IMG/VR virus record: IMGVR_UViG_3300028048_000053
Location: 1 to 34,691 of that record
Origin: a virus
Strand: one strand, 5' to 3'
Length of the DNA: 34,691 bases
Below, piece by piece: positions 8,273-16,793 of the stretch (positions within the stretch are counted from its first letter, which is position 1; every line of letters begins with the position of its first letter). Both the position numbers and the translations under genes were made by a program. Under the pieces are notes generated by a model. It made no database searches. It worked only from the letters and a program-made list of their open reading frames with translations, and was not told the DNA's origin.

Positions 8273-8935
8273 ATGGACAAGCGCAAGACCTATTACCTGA
8301 CCATCGACACGGAAACCGCAAACAATATGGACGACCCCATGATGTATGACATAGGGGGAGCTATCCATGACAAGCGGGGCATGGTCGAGGAAACTTTTTC
8401 CTTTGTCATTTATGACATTTTCTGCCGTGACCGCAGGCTTTTCAACACCGCCTATTATGCGGACAAGCGCCCCATCTATGAAGCGGGTATTGCGGACGGC
8501 TCTCGCAAGCTGGTAACTATCTTTACCGCAAAAAAGTATATTGCGGCCCTTAGCCGCAAGTATGATGTAAAGGCGATTATCGCCCACAATGCCCGCTTTG
8601 ATAACGGAAGTACCAACAAAACCCTGCGCTATATTACCAAGAGTAAGATGCGCTTTTTTCTGCCGTATGGTATCCCTGTTTGGGATACTCTGAAAATGGC
8701 TCGTGATACTATCTGTAAGCAACCCACTTATAAGCGGTGGTGTGCCGACCACGGTTTTCTTCAGAAGAACGGCACGCCGAGGGCTACCGCTGAAATTCTG
8801 TATCGTTACATTACTTGCAACGCAGAGTTTGAAGAAAGTCACACGGGGCTTGAAGATGTGCTAATCGAAAAGGAAATTTTTGCCAAGTGTATGGCACAGC
8901 ACAAGCCCATGCGGAAACTGTTGTGGGATAAATGA
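8273..8935 (+). CDS. DEDDh-family 3'-5' exonuclease (DnaQ / RNase T-like), 220 aa
   Basis: YLTIDTETAN (Exo I) and AHNARFD (Exo III, His type) motifs read in the translation; terminator 8938-8975. Confidence 0.7.
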   Translation: MDKRKTYYLTIDTETANNMDDPMMYDIGGAIHDKRGMVEETFSFVIYDIFCRDRRLFNTAYYADKRPIYEAGIADGSRKLVTIFTAKKYIAALSRKYDVKAIIAHNARFDNGSTNKTLRYITKSKMRFFLPYGIPVWDTLKMARDTICKQPTYKRWCADHGFLQKNGTPRATAEILYRYITCNAEFEESHTGLEDVLIEKEIFAKCMAQHKPMRKLLWDK

Positions 8936-9091
8936 TAAAATGGGGGGATTCAATCCCCCATTTTATTTTTCATAGCGAGTTAGCAATGGCTAACTTTTTC
9001 GCCCGGGCGATTAGCAAATTGCACAAAAAATAAACGATGTTTTTGTGCAAAATCCCATCTTGCAAAATGGGGGTAGGTCGTGCTATACTAT

Positions 9092-9170
9092 AATTGTTCC
9101 AAGGGGGAAGGCAAACAGCGAAAGCCTTTAGCGAGGTAGGACACTTCCCCCAACGGAACGAAAAAAATTT
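9092..9170 (+). ncRNA. candidate sRNA (CCAAGGGGGAAGGCAAACAG...ACACTTCCCCC family) from promoter TTGCAA 9045-9050 / TATACT 9080-9085
   Basis: no ORF; 8-bp stem GGGGGAAG/CTTCCCCC; two related copies at 13496-13600. Confidence 0.35.
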
Positions 9171-9295
9171 AAAAAAGGTCTTGACAAGCCGCTGAAAGTG
9201 TGCTATAATAAGACCGTAAGTGAGAGAGAGAAAATCTCCACTCCACCGCCTTGCCGCTACTAAAAGGCGTAAGAATCTGGTAGCACCACAAAGGG

Positions 9296-9311
9296 TAGTG
9301 ACCTACCACTA
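9296..9311 (+). promoter_or_regulatory. 5'-UTR hairpin family 2 (stem TAGTG/CACTA, loop ACCTAC) abutting AAAGGAG
   Basis: covarying copies at 13683-13698, 15560-15575, 17185-17200, 17614-17629. Confidence 0.55.
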
Positions 9312-9326
9312 AAGGAGTTGTGTACT

Positions 9327-9695
9327 ATGACTACTTCTAAGATGACCTACAAGACCGCTATCGAGTACGCTATCCGCAACCTGCCTGCCGATGCCCCTGT
9401 CGAGGTGACGGACAAGCTGACCGCCCTTATCACTTCCCTGGAGAAGAAGAGCGGCGCCGAGCGCAAGCCCACCGCCACGCAGGTGGCGAACGAGGGCTAT
9501 AAGGCCGCCATCATGGAGTACCTTTCCGATGTGGGCGAGCCCAAGACCGTGGGCGACATTCTGAAAGAGGTTCCTGCGGTGGCTGGCTTCTCTACCCCCA
9601 AGGTGTCCGCTCTGATGAAACAGCTCACCGAGGGCGGCGCTGTCGAGCGCTTGACTGACAAGCGCCGCACCTACTTCAAGGCGATTGTCGCCTAA
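9327..9695 (+). CDS. winged-helix-like DNA-binding protein (122 aa), paralog of 13714-14100
   Basis: C-terminal ~75 aa nearly identical to the paralog, including at nucleotide level; ORF track. Confidence 0.7.
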   Translation: MTTSKMTYKTAIEYAIRNLPADAPVEVTDKLTALITSLEKKSGAERKPTATQVANEGYKAAIMEYLSDVGEPKTVGDILKEVPAVAGFSTPKVSALMKQLTEGGAVERLTDKRRTYFKAIVA

Positions 9696-9853
9696 CCCCT
9701 GCGGGGGGTGGAGAAATCCACCCCCATTTTTTCCAAGGCGAGTTAGCGGCGGCTAACCGCCCGGGCGATTTAAATGTTGCCTGCGCAACATGAAAAATTC
9801 TTGACTTTTGGTTTCAATGTGGTATAATAAGACCGTGGAAAGGAGTTGATTTT

Positions 9854-10216
9854 TTGGATGAAAAACGCATAGCCCTCTTGATGAAACAGCTTGACATTTC
9901 CAGGGATGAAGCAATCGAAGTCTTGAAAGAGGACAGCGAAATTGACAAGGGCGCAGAACTGTTTGAACTAACCCCCGAACAGAAACAGGTCGAAAAGAAA
10001 ATGCGCCAAGCTGACCGCAAAGTGACTGCCTATAGCTGGAAACCAAGAGAGCGCAAACCCAACGAAACCAAAAGAAAGCTAATTCAAGATTTGGCCTTAA
10101 CCCTGCATCATAATCCTATGGTAGATAGCTGGGAAATCACCAATCAAGAACGGCAAATTGATTTTGAGTGCAACGGCACCAAATATCGTATCATTCTGAG
10201 CGCCCCCCGCAAATAG
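9854..10216 (+). CDS. hypothetical protein (120 aa), paralog of 12613-13014; TTG start; terminates with TAG
   Basis: AGGAG 8 nt before TTG 9854 (the only ATG nearby hits a stop after 4 codons); ends at the same relative point as the paralog, so TAG 10214-10216 acts as a true stop here. Confidence 0.6.
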   Translation: MDEKRIALLMKQLDISRDEAIEVLKEDSEIDKGAELFELTPEQKQVEKKMRQADRKVTAYSWKPRERKPNETKRKLIQDLALTLHHNPMVDSWEITNQERQIDFECNGTKYRIILSAPRK

Positions 10217-10410
10217 GGGGCGCTTTTCATTTTGAATAATTATTCACTTCCTTTGAGCCGCTGGCGCACGGGCGCGTGCCAGCGGTGTTCGGCGCAATCA
10301 GCACTTTCCACAAAAAACGTTGCGAAAATTTGTGCAATTTGCCATCTTGCTTTTTTCCTGAAATGTGCTATACTATAATCACAAAAGGAAAAGAAAAGGA
10401 GATGCTTCAA

Positions 10411-10686
10411 ATGATGTTCAATGATGCTGTGTATGTGGGTCGCGAGTGCCCGTTCTGCGGTGAGTACCACGAGGTACTTGTCAGCGAGGCTGACTTTGCC
10501 GCGTGGCAGGGTGGGGAGTTGGTGCAGGACGCCTTCCCCTATCTCTCCGCTGACGAGAGGGAAATCCTTGTCAGCGGCATCTGTCCCAAGTGTTGGGCAG
10601 AGACCTTTGGCGAGGAGGGAGACGAGGAGGAGGAGTGCTTTGAGCCTGGTCGCCCCTGCGTCAACATGTTTGAGCTGAACCCCTAA
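10411..10686 (+). CDS. Zn-ribbon protein (CPFCG...CPKCW), 91 aa
   Basis: ATG 10411 is 9 nt after AAGGAG; in frame with ORF 10276..10686. Confidence 0.65.
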   Translation: MMFNDAVYVGRECPFCGEYHEVLVSEADFAAWQGGELVQDAFPYLSADEREILVSGICPKCWAETFGEEGDEEEECFEPGRPCVNMFELNP

Positions 10687-10796
10687 TTATGGGGTTTAGT
10701 CGCCCGGGCGCAATTATGTAAACCAAAAAAATCTGAAAAAATTTCAAAAAAGGTATTGACATTTACGCCCCCCTGTGCTATACTATAATTGTTCCA

Positions 10797-11335
10797 AGGG
10801 AGTGGCCATTGACCAAGGAACTGTGGAGGGAAGCCAACATCGGCCCTGCGAGTACCAAATAATGATTGTTGGTGACGGTTAGACGCTTAAGTTGCTATGC
10901 GAACAAACACTTTCTCAAATAGCAGAAAGGGGTTAGAGACAGCAGAGCCACCCTTTTTTAGGCAGTTTTTTCCTGTGGCGTTCAAGGAAAAAATATTCTG
11001 ACTTTTTTAGTGTTCATCTGGTCATTCTTCACCAAACACTGGATTTTTCAAGAGGAAAGAATCTAAAAATAATTGGAAGAAACTGAATACTTTTAGGCAG
11101 TTTTCAATTCAGTCGCTGTGATAGAAAGAAACTCCCCCTTGCGGGGGCGGTGAGGTTAGTAAGGTAAGAGCTAACGGCTTATTGGGTCGAGCCGCTGAAT
11201 ATCAACATCCGCCCCCCAATAAGGGATATTTAAATACCTCTCTACTTTTTGTAGTGCTCCTTTTCTTTCTCTCTTTCTTTCTGTGGCGTGGGTAGGATTT
11301 TCCTACCCTTGCGCCCGGGCGAAAAATTTTTTGCC
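10797..11335 (+). ncRNA. ~540-nt apparently non-coding transcribed region between a consensus promoter (TTGACA 10761-10766) and terminator 11288-11335
   Basis: no ORF with SD; several long-range stems (CTTATTGGG...CCCAATAAG, CCCCC-ttg-CGGGGG); ORF 11283..11471 spans the next promoter and is judged spurious. Confidence 0.3.
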
Positions 11336-11412
11336 CCAATCAAATTTTCCCCTTGACATTTATAAAAAAATATGTTATTATAATAGTACAAAAAGAAAGG
11401 AGATAATAAACA

Positions 11413-11577
11413 ATGACAAACGCTATTTTGATTATCCTCTGCGTGTATTTTGCGGCTTCGGCCCTTGTTGATGCCGCAAAAGCAGACCGCAATCCCTGCT
11501 GGTCTACCTGCCTTGATGTGGTCTTTGACCTGGCTCTGCTGGTGGGCGTGTTTCATTTGATGGAGGTATTTTGCTGA
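11413..11577 (+). CDS. small membrane protein (54 aa)
   Basis: AAAGGAGA SD + ATG 11413; stop TGA overlaps next ATG (TGATG). Confidence 0.55.
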   Translation: MTNAILIILCVYFAASALVDAAKADRNPCWSTCLDVVFDLALLVGVFHLMEVFC

Positions 11578-12056
11578 TGAATACCGCAATTTTGCTTTTT
11601 GTCATTTGCACTCTTGCAAATGTTGTCATTGCGACTATCAAAAGTGTAATGACCATCAAGGGCGGCAAGGTTGCCGCTTCCATCTGGAACGCTCTCAGCT
11701 ATGGCCTTTACTCCTACATTGTGATAATGACCGCAAACGCCGACATTTCCACGCTCGGCAAGGTTTTAATCACCGTAGGCTGTAACTTAATCGGCGTGTT
11801 TTTCGTTAAGTTAGTAGAGGAAAAGATGCGAAAAGATCGCCTGTGGAAAATTGAAATGACAATTTATTCCACCAACGCCGACAAGATGCACCAAGAACTG
11901 GAAAATGCTGGTATCCCCAATAACTATGTAATTGCAGGCCGCCATGCTATTTTTAATTGTTTCTGCGATACTCAAAGTGACAGCGCAAACGCCCTTGCTA
12001 TTGGCAAGACCTACAACGCAAAAACTTTTGCATCAGAAACAAAACTTAATCCCTAA
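11577..12056 (+). CDS. membrane protein with soluble C-terminal domain (159 aa)
   Basis: ORF track 11571..12056; ATG 11577 translationally coupled; 3 hydrophobic segments. Confidence 0.65.
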   Translation: MNTAILLFVICTLANVVIATIKSVMTIKGGKVAASIWNALSYGLYSYIVIMTANADISTLGKVLITVGCNLIGVFFVKLVEEKMRKDRLWKIEMTIYSTNADKMHQELENAGIPNNYVIAGRHAIFNCFCDTQSDSANALAIGKTYNAKTFASETKLNP

Positions 12057-12116
12057 CGGCATTCCCCGCCTCGGCGGGGATGTTGCCCGGGCGCAAAAAA
12101 ATTTTTAAAAAAAGTC

Positions 12117-12145
12117 TTGACAAACTGCGCAAAGTACACTATACT
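12117..12145 (+). promoter_or_regulatory. class I promoter TTGACA-N17-TATACT
   Basis: -35 12117-12122; -10 12140-12145. Confidence 0.65.
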
Positions 12146-12179
12146 GTCTACAGAAACCAAGAGAAAAGGAGATACCAAA

Positions 12180-12494
12180 ATGAAAAAGGGTTTTGTTTCC
12201 ACGATGCGCAAGGGATTCCACATGACCTTCCCCAACGGCCTGACCGTTTCCGTCCAGTGGGGTGCTGGCAACTACTGCGACAACCACTTCCCCAAGGATA
12301 TGGATTTCACCTTCTCCAAGGACGCCGAAAGCGATACTGCCGAGGTTGCTGTCATCGATCCGCAGGGTGAGTTCCTTGACCCTCAGCGGTTTTTTGACTA
12401 TGAAATCAGATCTGACGGCATGGTGGCTGGCTGGCTCGACCCCTCGCAGGTTGTTGAACTGTTGGCGAATGCGCGCGACTGGCCTAACATCTAA
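12180..12494 (+). CDS. hypothetical protein (104 aa)
   Basis: AAAAGGAGA SD; ATG 12180 in frame with ORF 12117..12494. Confidence 0.7.
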   Translation: MKKGFVSTMRKGFHMTFPNGLTVSVQWGAGNYCDNHFPKDMDFTFSKDAESDTAEVAVIDPQGEFLDPQRFFDYEIRSDGMVAGWLDPSQVVELLANARDWPNI

Positions 12495-12612
12495 GGCCAG
12501 TCTTTCGCCCGGGCACGCATAAACATTCACTGAAACTGAATAAAAATTCTTCTTGACATTTGTTTATAGGTGTGCTATACTATGTATAGTCCAGGAGAAA
12601 GGAGAGGTAGTA

Positions 12613-13014
12613 ATGGCAAGACAGTCCGCTAAAGAGCGTGAAGCGCAGATTGAGCGCACGATGAAAGCCCTTGAAGTCACAAGGGAAGAAGCCCTTGAAA
12701 TCCTCGCAGAAGATGACGAGATTGACAAGGGCGCAGATCTTCACCCCTTGACCCCCGAACAGGAAAAAGTTGTTAAAAAGATGCGGCAGGCTGACCGCAA
12801 GCCCACGGTCTACAACTGGCAGAAAAAGCGTGAGCGTAAGCCCAACGAACTCAAAAGAGAAATCATCGACGATTTGTTCGGTTTCTTTTGCGAGAACTGG
12901 CCAGAAGTGGCAAAGAATGGAAACATCATCAACCCCGAAAGACAGATTGACTTTGAGCTTGGAGGGGAGAGCTTTTCCATCACTCTGACCCAGCACCGCA
13001 AACCCAAGGCGTAA
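12613..13014 (+). CDS. hypothetical protein (133 aa), paralog of 9854-10216
   Basis: shared block EIDKGA.L..LTPEQ..V.KKMRQADRK......W...RERKPNE.KR.II and a C-terminal ERQIDFE motif. Confidence 0.7.
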   Translation: MARQSAKEREAQIERTMKALEVTREEALEILAEDDEIDKGADLHPLTPEQEKVVKKMRQADRKPTVYNWQKKRERKPNELKREIIDDLFGFFCENWPEVAKNGNIINPERQIDFELGGESFSITLTQHRKPKA

Positions 13015-13134
13015 GGCGTAAGGGGGGAACATTTGTTCCCCTATCTGCGCCCGGGCGGCCGCAAACTGCACAATTTTAATACTCTGTTTTTGTGCAAAAC
13101 ACCATCTTGCTTTTTTAAGATAGTGTGCTATAAT

Positions 13135-13215
13135 AATAATTGTCAAGGGGCTGTAAACCGCGGGGCATCCAAATAAGTCCTGTACTGCGTGGTAAGAAAT
13201 TTCAAAAAGTTTTTT
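13135..13215 (+). ncRNA. candidate sRNA or leader between promoter (TTGCTT 13100-13105 / TATAAT 13123-13128) and tRNA-Lys
   Basis: no ORF; AT hairpin TTTCAAAAA-g-TTTTTGAAA at the 3' end. Confidence 0.3.
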
Positions 13216-13239
13216 TTTGAAAATCCCCTTGACAAACTT

Positions 13240-13314
13240 GCGGCCATGGTGTAATTGGTAACACAGTAGACTTTTAATCTATCATTCGGGGTTCAAGTCC
13301 CCGTGGTCGCACCA
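13240..13314 (+). tRNA. tRNA-Lys (anticodon UUU), CCA encoded
   Basis: manual cloverleaf: acceptor GCGGCCA/TGGTCGC, D stem GTGT/ACAC, anticodon stem GTAGA/TCTAT with loop CTTTTAA, T stem CGGGG/CCCCG with loop TTCAAGT. Confidence 0.8.
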
Positions 13315-13495
13315 ATTCCTTTCCTTTTTATTATCTCTCTCTTTCTTACAAAGAACCCTGCTAAAGCGATTTAGTGGGGTTTCTTTGTAGAATCGCCCGG
13401 GCGACTGGCAAAATGCACAAAACAATTTCTAAAATTCTATCTCATTTTGTGCATTTTGCCTATTGTAATCTGTGCGCCCTTGTGCTATACTATAA

Positions 13496-13600
13496 TCGTT
13501 CCAAGGGGGAAGGCAAACAGCGTTAGGACACTTCTTCAAAGGGGGAAGGCAAACAGTGACAGGGCACTTCCCCCCTCGGACGCCGAAAAAAATTCCAAAA
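13496..13600 (+). ncRNA. two tandem copies of the CCAAGGGGGAAGGCAAACAG sRNA-like motif from promoter TTGCCT 13455-13460 / TATACT 13478-13483
   Basis: sequence family shared with 9092-9170. Confidence 0.3.
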
Positions 13601-13713
13601 AACTCTTGACAAGCCGCTTTGAGTGTGCTATAATAATGGTGTCAATGAGGGAAGCCCCTCTTGAACATAAAAAAAATATGGGTAGCGACCTACCGCTAAA
13701 GGAGTTGTGTACT

Positions 13714-14100
13714 ATGACTAACACCAAGATGACCTACAGCAAGGCTATTGCCGCCTGTATCGACCTGCTGACCACTGGCGAGACTTCTGAGAATCCCACC
13801 GAAATCGTGGAGAAGCTGACCGCCCTCTCCGAGAGCCTTGCGAAGAAGTCTGGGGCTGAGCGCAAGCCGACTGCGACCCAGGTTGCCAACGAGGGCTATA
13901 AGGCGGAGATTCTCGCCTATCTGCGTGATGTGGCCGAGCCTAAGACTGTGGGCGACATTCTCAAGGAAGTCCCCGCCGTGGCTGGTTTCTCCACTCCCAA
14001 GGTATCTGCCCTCATGAAGCAGTTGGTTGACGAGGGTAACGGCCCCGTCGAGCGTCTGACCGACAAGCGGCGCACCTACTTCCGCATCAAGGCGGAGTAA
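13714..14100 (+). CDS. winged-helix-like DNA-binding protein (128 aa), paralog of 9327-9695
   Basis: family-2 leader; ATG 13714 in frame with ORF 13447..14100. Confidence 0.7.
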   Translation: MTNTKMTYSKAIAACIDLLTTGETSENPTEIVEKLTALSESLAKKSGAERKPTATQVANEGYKAEILAYLRDVAEPKTVGDILKEVPAVAGFSTPKVSALMKQLVDEGNGPVERLTDKRRTYFRIKAE

Positions 14101-14240
14101 GCCCCCTGCGCCCATCCCCTCCCCTGCAATAGTGGGGGAGGGGCGCGCCCGGGCGAAAAAAATTTTTTTTAAAAACCCCTTGACAAACCTCTATAAATGT
14201 GCTATACTTTAGATGTTCCAAGAGGAAAGGAGAGAGTGTA

Positions 14241-14480
14241 ATGGAAAAGAAGTTTAACATGGTAGTGACCCTTACCAATGGTAAAGTCCTGCGCCACTAC
14301 GGACTTTCCTTGCGCATGGCGGCAACTATGAAATTGCACTATCAAGAGAAGTACCCTAACACCCTTGAAGAAATCGAAACCGTTTACGCAGGGACGAACA
14401 AAAGAGCTACGGCGCTTTGCTATTTCATTGAAGATGGAGAAAACGATCCTATCGCTTTCTATGAGCGTTACGGCTGGTAA
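14241..14480 (+). CDS. hypothetical protein (79 aa)
   Basis: class I promoter 14183-14215; AAAGGAGAG SD; in frame with ORF 14199..14480. Confidence 0.7.
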   Translation: MEKKFNMVVTLTNGKVLRHYGLSLRMAATMKLHYQEKYPNTLEEIETVYAGTNKRATALCYFIEDGENDPIAFYERYGW

Positions 14481-14494
14481 AAGGAGGAAATAAA

Positions 14495-14740
14495 ATGGCT
14501 ATTTCTATTAAGCGTGAAAAGAACGAGCGCGGCGTGACGGTCGGCTCTCTCAAAGTGGGCGACACTTTCATGTATGACAACCGTATCGGCGTTATCGTTG
14601 ACCGCAATGGTCACTGTTTTCCCATGGATTTTGCAACCTGTGCCACCTTTCACAAACATCCCTGGACATCCGAAGCACTTCTTCCGCAGGAGATTGTTCT
14701 GCCTATCGAGGTCGAAATGACTTGCAAGGTCGTGGGCTAA
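14495..14740 (+). CDS. hypothetical protein (81 aa)
   Basis: AAAGGAGGA SD then ATG 14495; ORF track. Confidence 0.75.
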   Translation: MAISIKREKNERGVTVGSLKVGDTFMYDNRIGVIVDRNGHCFPMDFATCATFHKHPWTSEALLPQEIVLPIEVEMTCKVVG

Positions 14741-14857
14741 GCCTTTCCCCGCTTCGGCGGGGAAATCGCCCGGGCAAAAAACTTTTTTCAAAAACCTATT
14801 GACATTTTCCTAAGTATGTGCTATACTATAATCACAAAAGGAAAGGAGATAATCAAA

Positions 14858-15130
14858 ATGACCTATTCCATCCAGATTTATCGCATGAATGCTGGCTCTT
14901 GGGAAACCTTTGTTCAGTTTACCCCCGTCGTCTTTGACGAAATGATCGAAGCTGGCAAGGCTATGTTCGTCAATCCTCTACTGTCTGCGGAGAATGTTGC
15001 TATCGTTGATGACACAACTGGCGAAGTTCTCTGGGATGCCTGTTCCGATGATGAGGACTGTGAGCCTGCGGACATTGATGATGATTGCGGCTTTGACCCC
15101 TACGAGGGCTGTTTCACCTACGACTGCTGA
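14858..15130 (+). CDS. hypothetical acidic, Cys-containing protein (90 aa)
   Basis: AAAGGAGA SD; ATG 14858 in frame with ORF 14816..15130. Confidence 0.7.
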   Translation: MTYSIQIYRMNAGSWETFVQFTPVVFDEMIEAGKAMFVNPLLSAENVAIVDDTTGEVLWDACSDDEDCEPADIDDDCGFDPYEGCFTYDC

Positions 15131-15244
15131 CCCCCTACAAGGGGGTCAGTTTGCCCGGGCGAAAAAATTTTTAAAAAGGTCTTGACAAACTCTCAGTAAT
15201 GTGTTATACTGTATTCAGAAATCAAAGGAAAGAGGGAATAAACC

Positions 15245-15457
15245 ATGGTGTGTCCTAAGTGCGGCCCTGGGGCAGCTGTAATGTCCGATGAGTGTATTGA
15301 TGTTGAGGAGTACGACGATGATAACATTGCCGTAACCTACGAGGGGACTTGTCTGTGGTGCAAACGCAAATACCAATGGACGGAAATCTATAAATATAGC
15401 CGTATCAAAAATATTATTGAAATTGGTACAGCTCCGCAGGAGGAAGAAGAGAACTAA
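15245..15457 (+). CDS. Zn-ribbon protein (CPKCG...CLWCK), 70 aa
   Basis: ORF track; class I promoter 15185-15215. Confidence 0.7.
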   Translation: MVCPKCGPGAAVMSDECIDVEEYDDDNIAVTYEGTCLWCKRKYQWTEIYKYSRIKNIIEIGTAPQEEEEN

Positions 15458-15589
15458 CCCCCCTCTTTTTCTTCCCCCTGCGCCCGGGCGCAAAAATTTT
15501 TTTTCAAAACCCCCTTGACAACCCTCCAAGAGTGTGTTATAATAAAGGCACATTGAGGGTGGTGGCCTAACACCAAAGGAGAATTTGTT

Positions 15590-16195
15590 ATGAACAAGAG
15601 TGACTTTTTCGAGCGTGAAATCCAGTTCATTGAGGACATTGACCTCCAAGACTTTGTTCGCTTTTTCTTCAATGAAAGATGCGGCGACTGGTTTTGGAAG
15701 TCTGGGGCTTCCAGTTCTGGGAAATATCATCCCCAGTTCACCAAGGGCGAGGGTGGACTTGTGCGCCATACTAAAGCCGTTGTGTGGGTCTGTGAGGAAC
15801 TTCTGCGCATGAGTTCCTACGCCTACATGAAAGACATTTACAAGGACTACGCAAGGGTCGCCTGCCTGCTTCACGATACACGCAAGTATGGCGGCGGGGA
15901 TGAAGAGGATAAAAGTTATTATCCACGTCATGGTGAAGCCGCCGCAAATGATGTTGGTGTGGCGTGGCGAGAGTTTTTCCACTGTCATTCCTGCCCCGAA
16001 TTGCTTTTGATGGCTATTCACTCCCACATGGGACAGTGGACGGAAAACAGAGAGGACAGACCCTTTACCAACATTGACCGCCTGGTACATCTGTCGGACT
16101 ACATCGCAAGCCGTCCTTTCTGGGACATTCCCGACATTACCACCGAATACAACGAAGCCAATGCAAAGATGATTGAAGATTCTCTGCCTTTCTAA
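15590..16195 (+). CDS. HD-domain phosphohydrolase (201 aa)
   Basis: H..H...LLHDTRKYG...H motif arrangement typical of the HD superfamily; family-2 leader; ORF track. Confidence 0.6.
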   Translation: MNKSDFFEREIQFIEDIDLQDFVRFFFNERCGDWFWKSGASSSGKYHPQFTKGEGGLVRHTKAVVWVCEELLRMSSYAYMKDIYKDYARVACLLHDTRKYGGGDEEDKSYYPRHGEAAANDVGVAWREFFHCHSCPELLLMAIHSHMGQWTENREDRPFTNIDRLVHLSDYIASRPFWDIPDITTEYNEANAKMIEDSLPF

Positions 16196-16286
16196 TCCCC
16201 CTCCCCTCTGTCCCAGTGACAGAGGGGAAATCGCCCGGGCGAAAATTTCCTCTTGACAAGAGGCCAAAAGTATGCTATACTGTATT

Positions 16287-16400
16287 TACAATTCACGGAG
16301 AAATCCGTTTTACATACCTGCGGACTGCCGAACAGGCTTTTTCCAAAATTTCTCATGGGCCTGCATAGGATAACATGACTTTCTGCGGGAATTTTTGAAA
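16287..16400 (+). ncRNA. candidate sRNA cassette (promoter TTGACA 16255-16260 / TATACT 16278-16283; no ORF)
   Basis: only very short ORFs; hairpins CGGAGAAATCCG and CCTGCGGACTGCCGAACAGG. Confidence 0.25.
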
Positions 16401-16466
16401 ATAATACTTGACAAACAAGCACAAGTATGTTATAATAAAGGCACAAAAAGGAAAGGAGATAATAAA

Positions 16467-16694
16467 ATGCTCGATCACATTGGCGGCATCCCCGATGGAC
16501 ACATTGTAGAGTTTCCGCACTCTGCGCGCACTTTCATGAAGGTCTGCACAAGAGATGGGCAGGGCGGAGTTGTTGACATCACTACAGGTGAGCTGATTAT
16601 GATAAGCGACCTGCCGCGATACGGTATTGATGTATGGTGCTCTGAGCACTACGGAGAAAGGGCTACTATTCAGTACGAAGTAGAGGACGATTGA
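16467..16694 (+). CDS. hypothetical protein (75 aa)
   Basis: AAAGGAGA SD; ATG 16467 in frame with ORF 16395..16694. Confidence 0.7.
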   Translation: MLDHIGGIPDGHIVEFPHSARTFMKVCTRDGQGGVVDITTGELIMISDLPRYGIDVWCSEHYGERATIQYEVEDD

Positions 16695-16793
16695 CCGTCC
16701 TCTTGGCCCGGGCGAAAAATTTTTTTAAAAACCTCTTGACAAGTGATTAGCTTTGTGCTATAATGAAGTCACAAAAGGAAAGGAGATACAAAA

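Noticed and set aside
8048-8842. 264-aa minus-strand ORF
   Set aside because: It lies antisense to the DEDDh exonuclease gene, which has its own promoter, SD and motifs. Long antisense ORFs are expected in GC-rich coding sequence, and this one has no SD or promoter.
10214-10380. Read-through of the TAG ending gene 9854-10216
   Set aside because: Continuing in frame runs through a terminator hairpin, the GAATAATTATTC palindrome and the next promoter to a TAA at about 10377. The paralog ends at the equivalent point with TAA, so TAG is a genuine stop in this early gene.
15215-16267. 350-aa minus-strand ORF
   Set aside because: It is antisense to the HD-domain gene and to two flanking promoter/terminator cassettes, and it runs through terminators. 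It is judged spurious.
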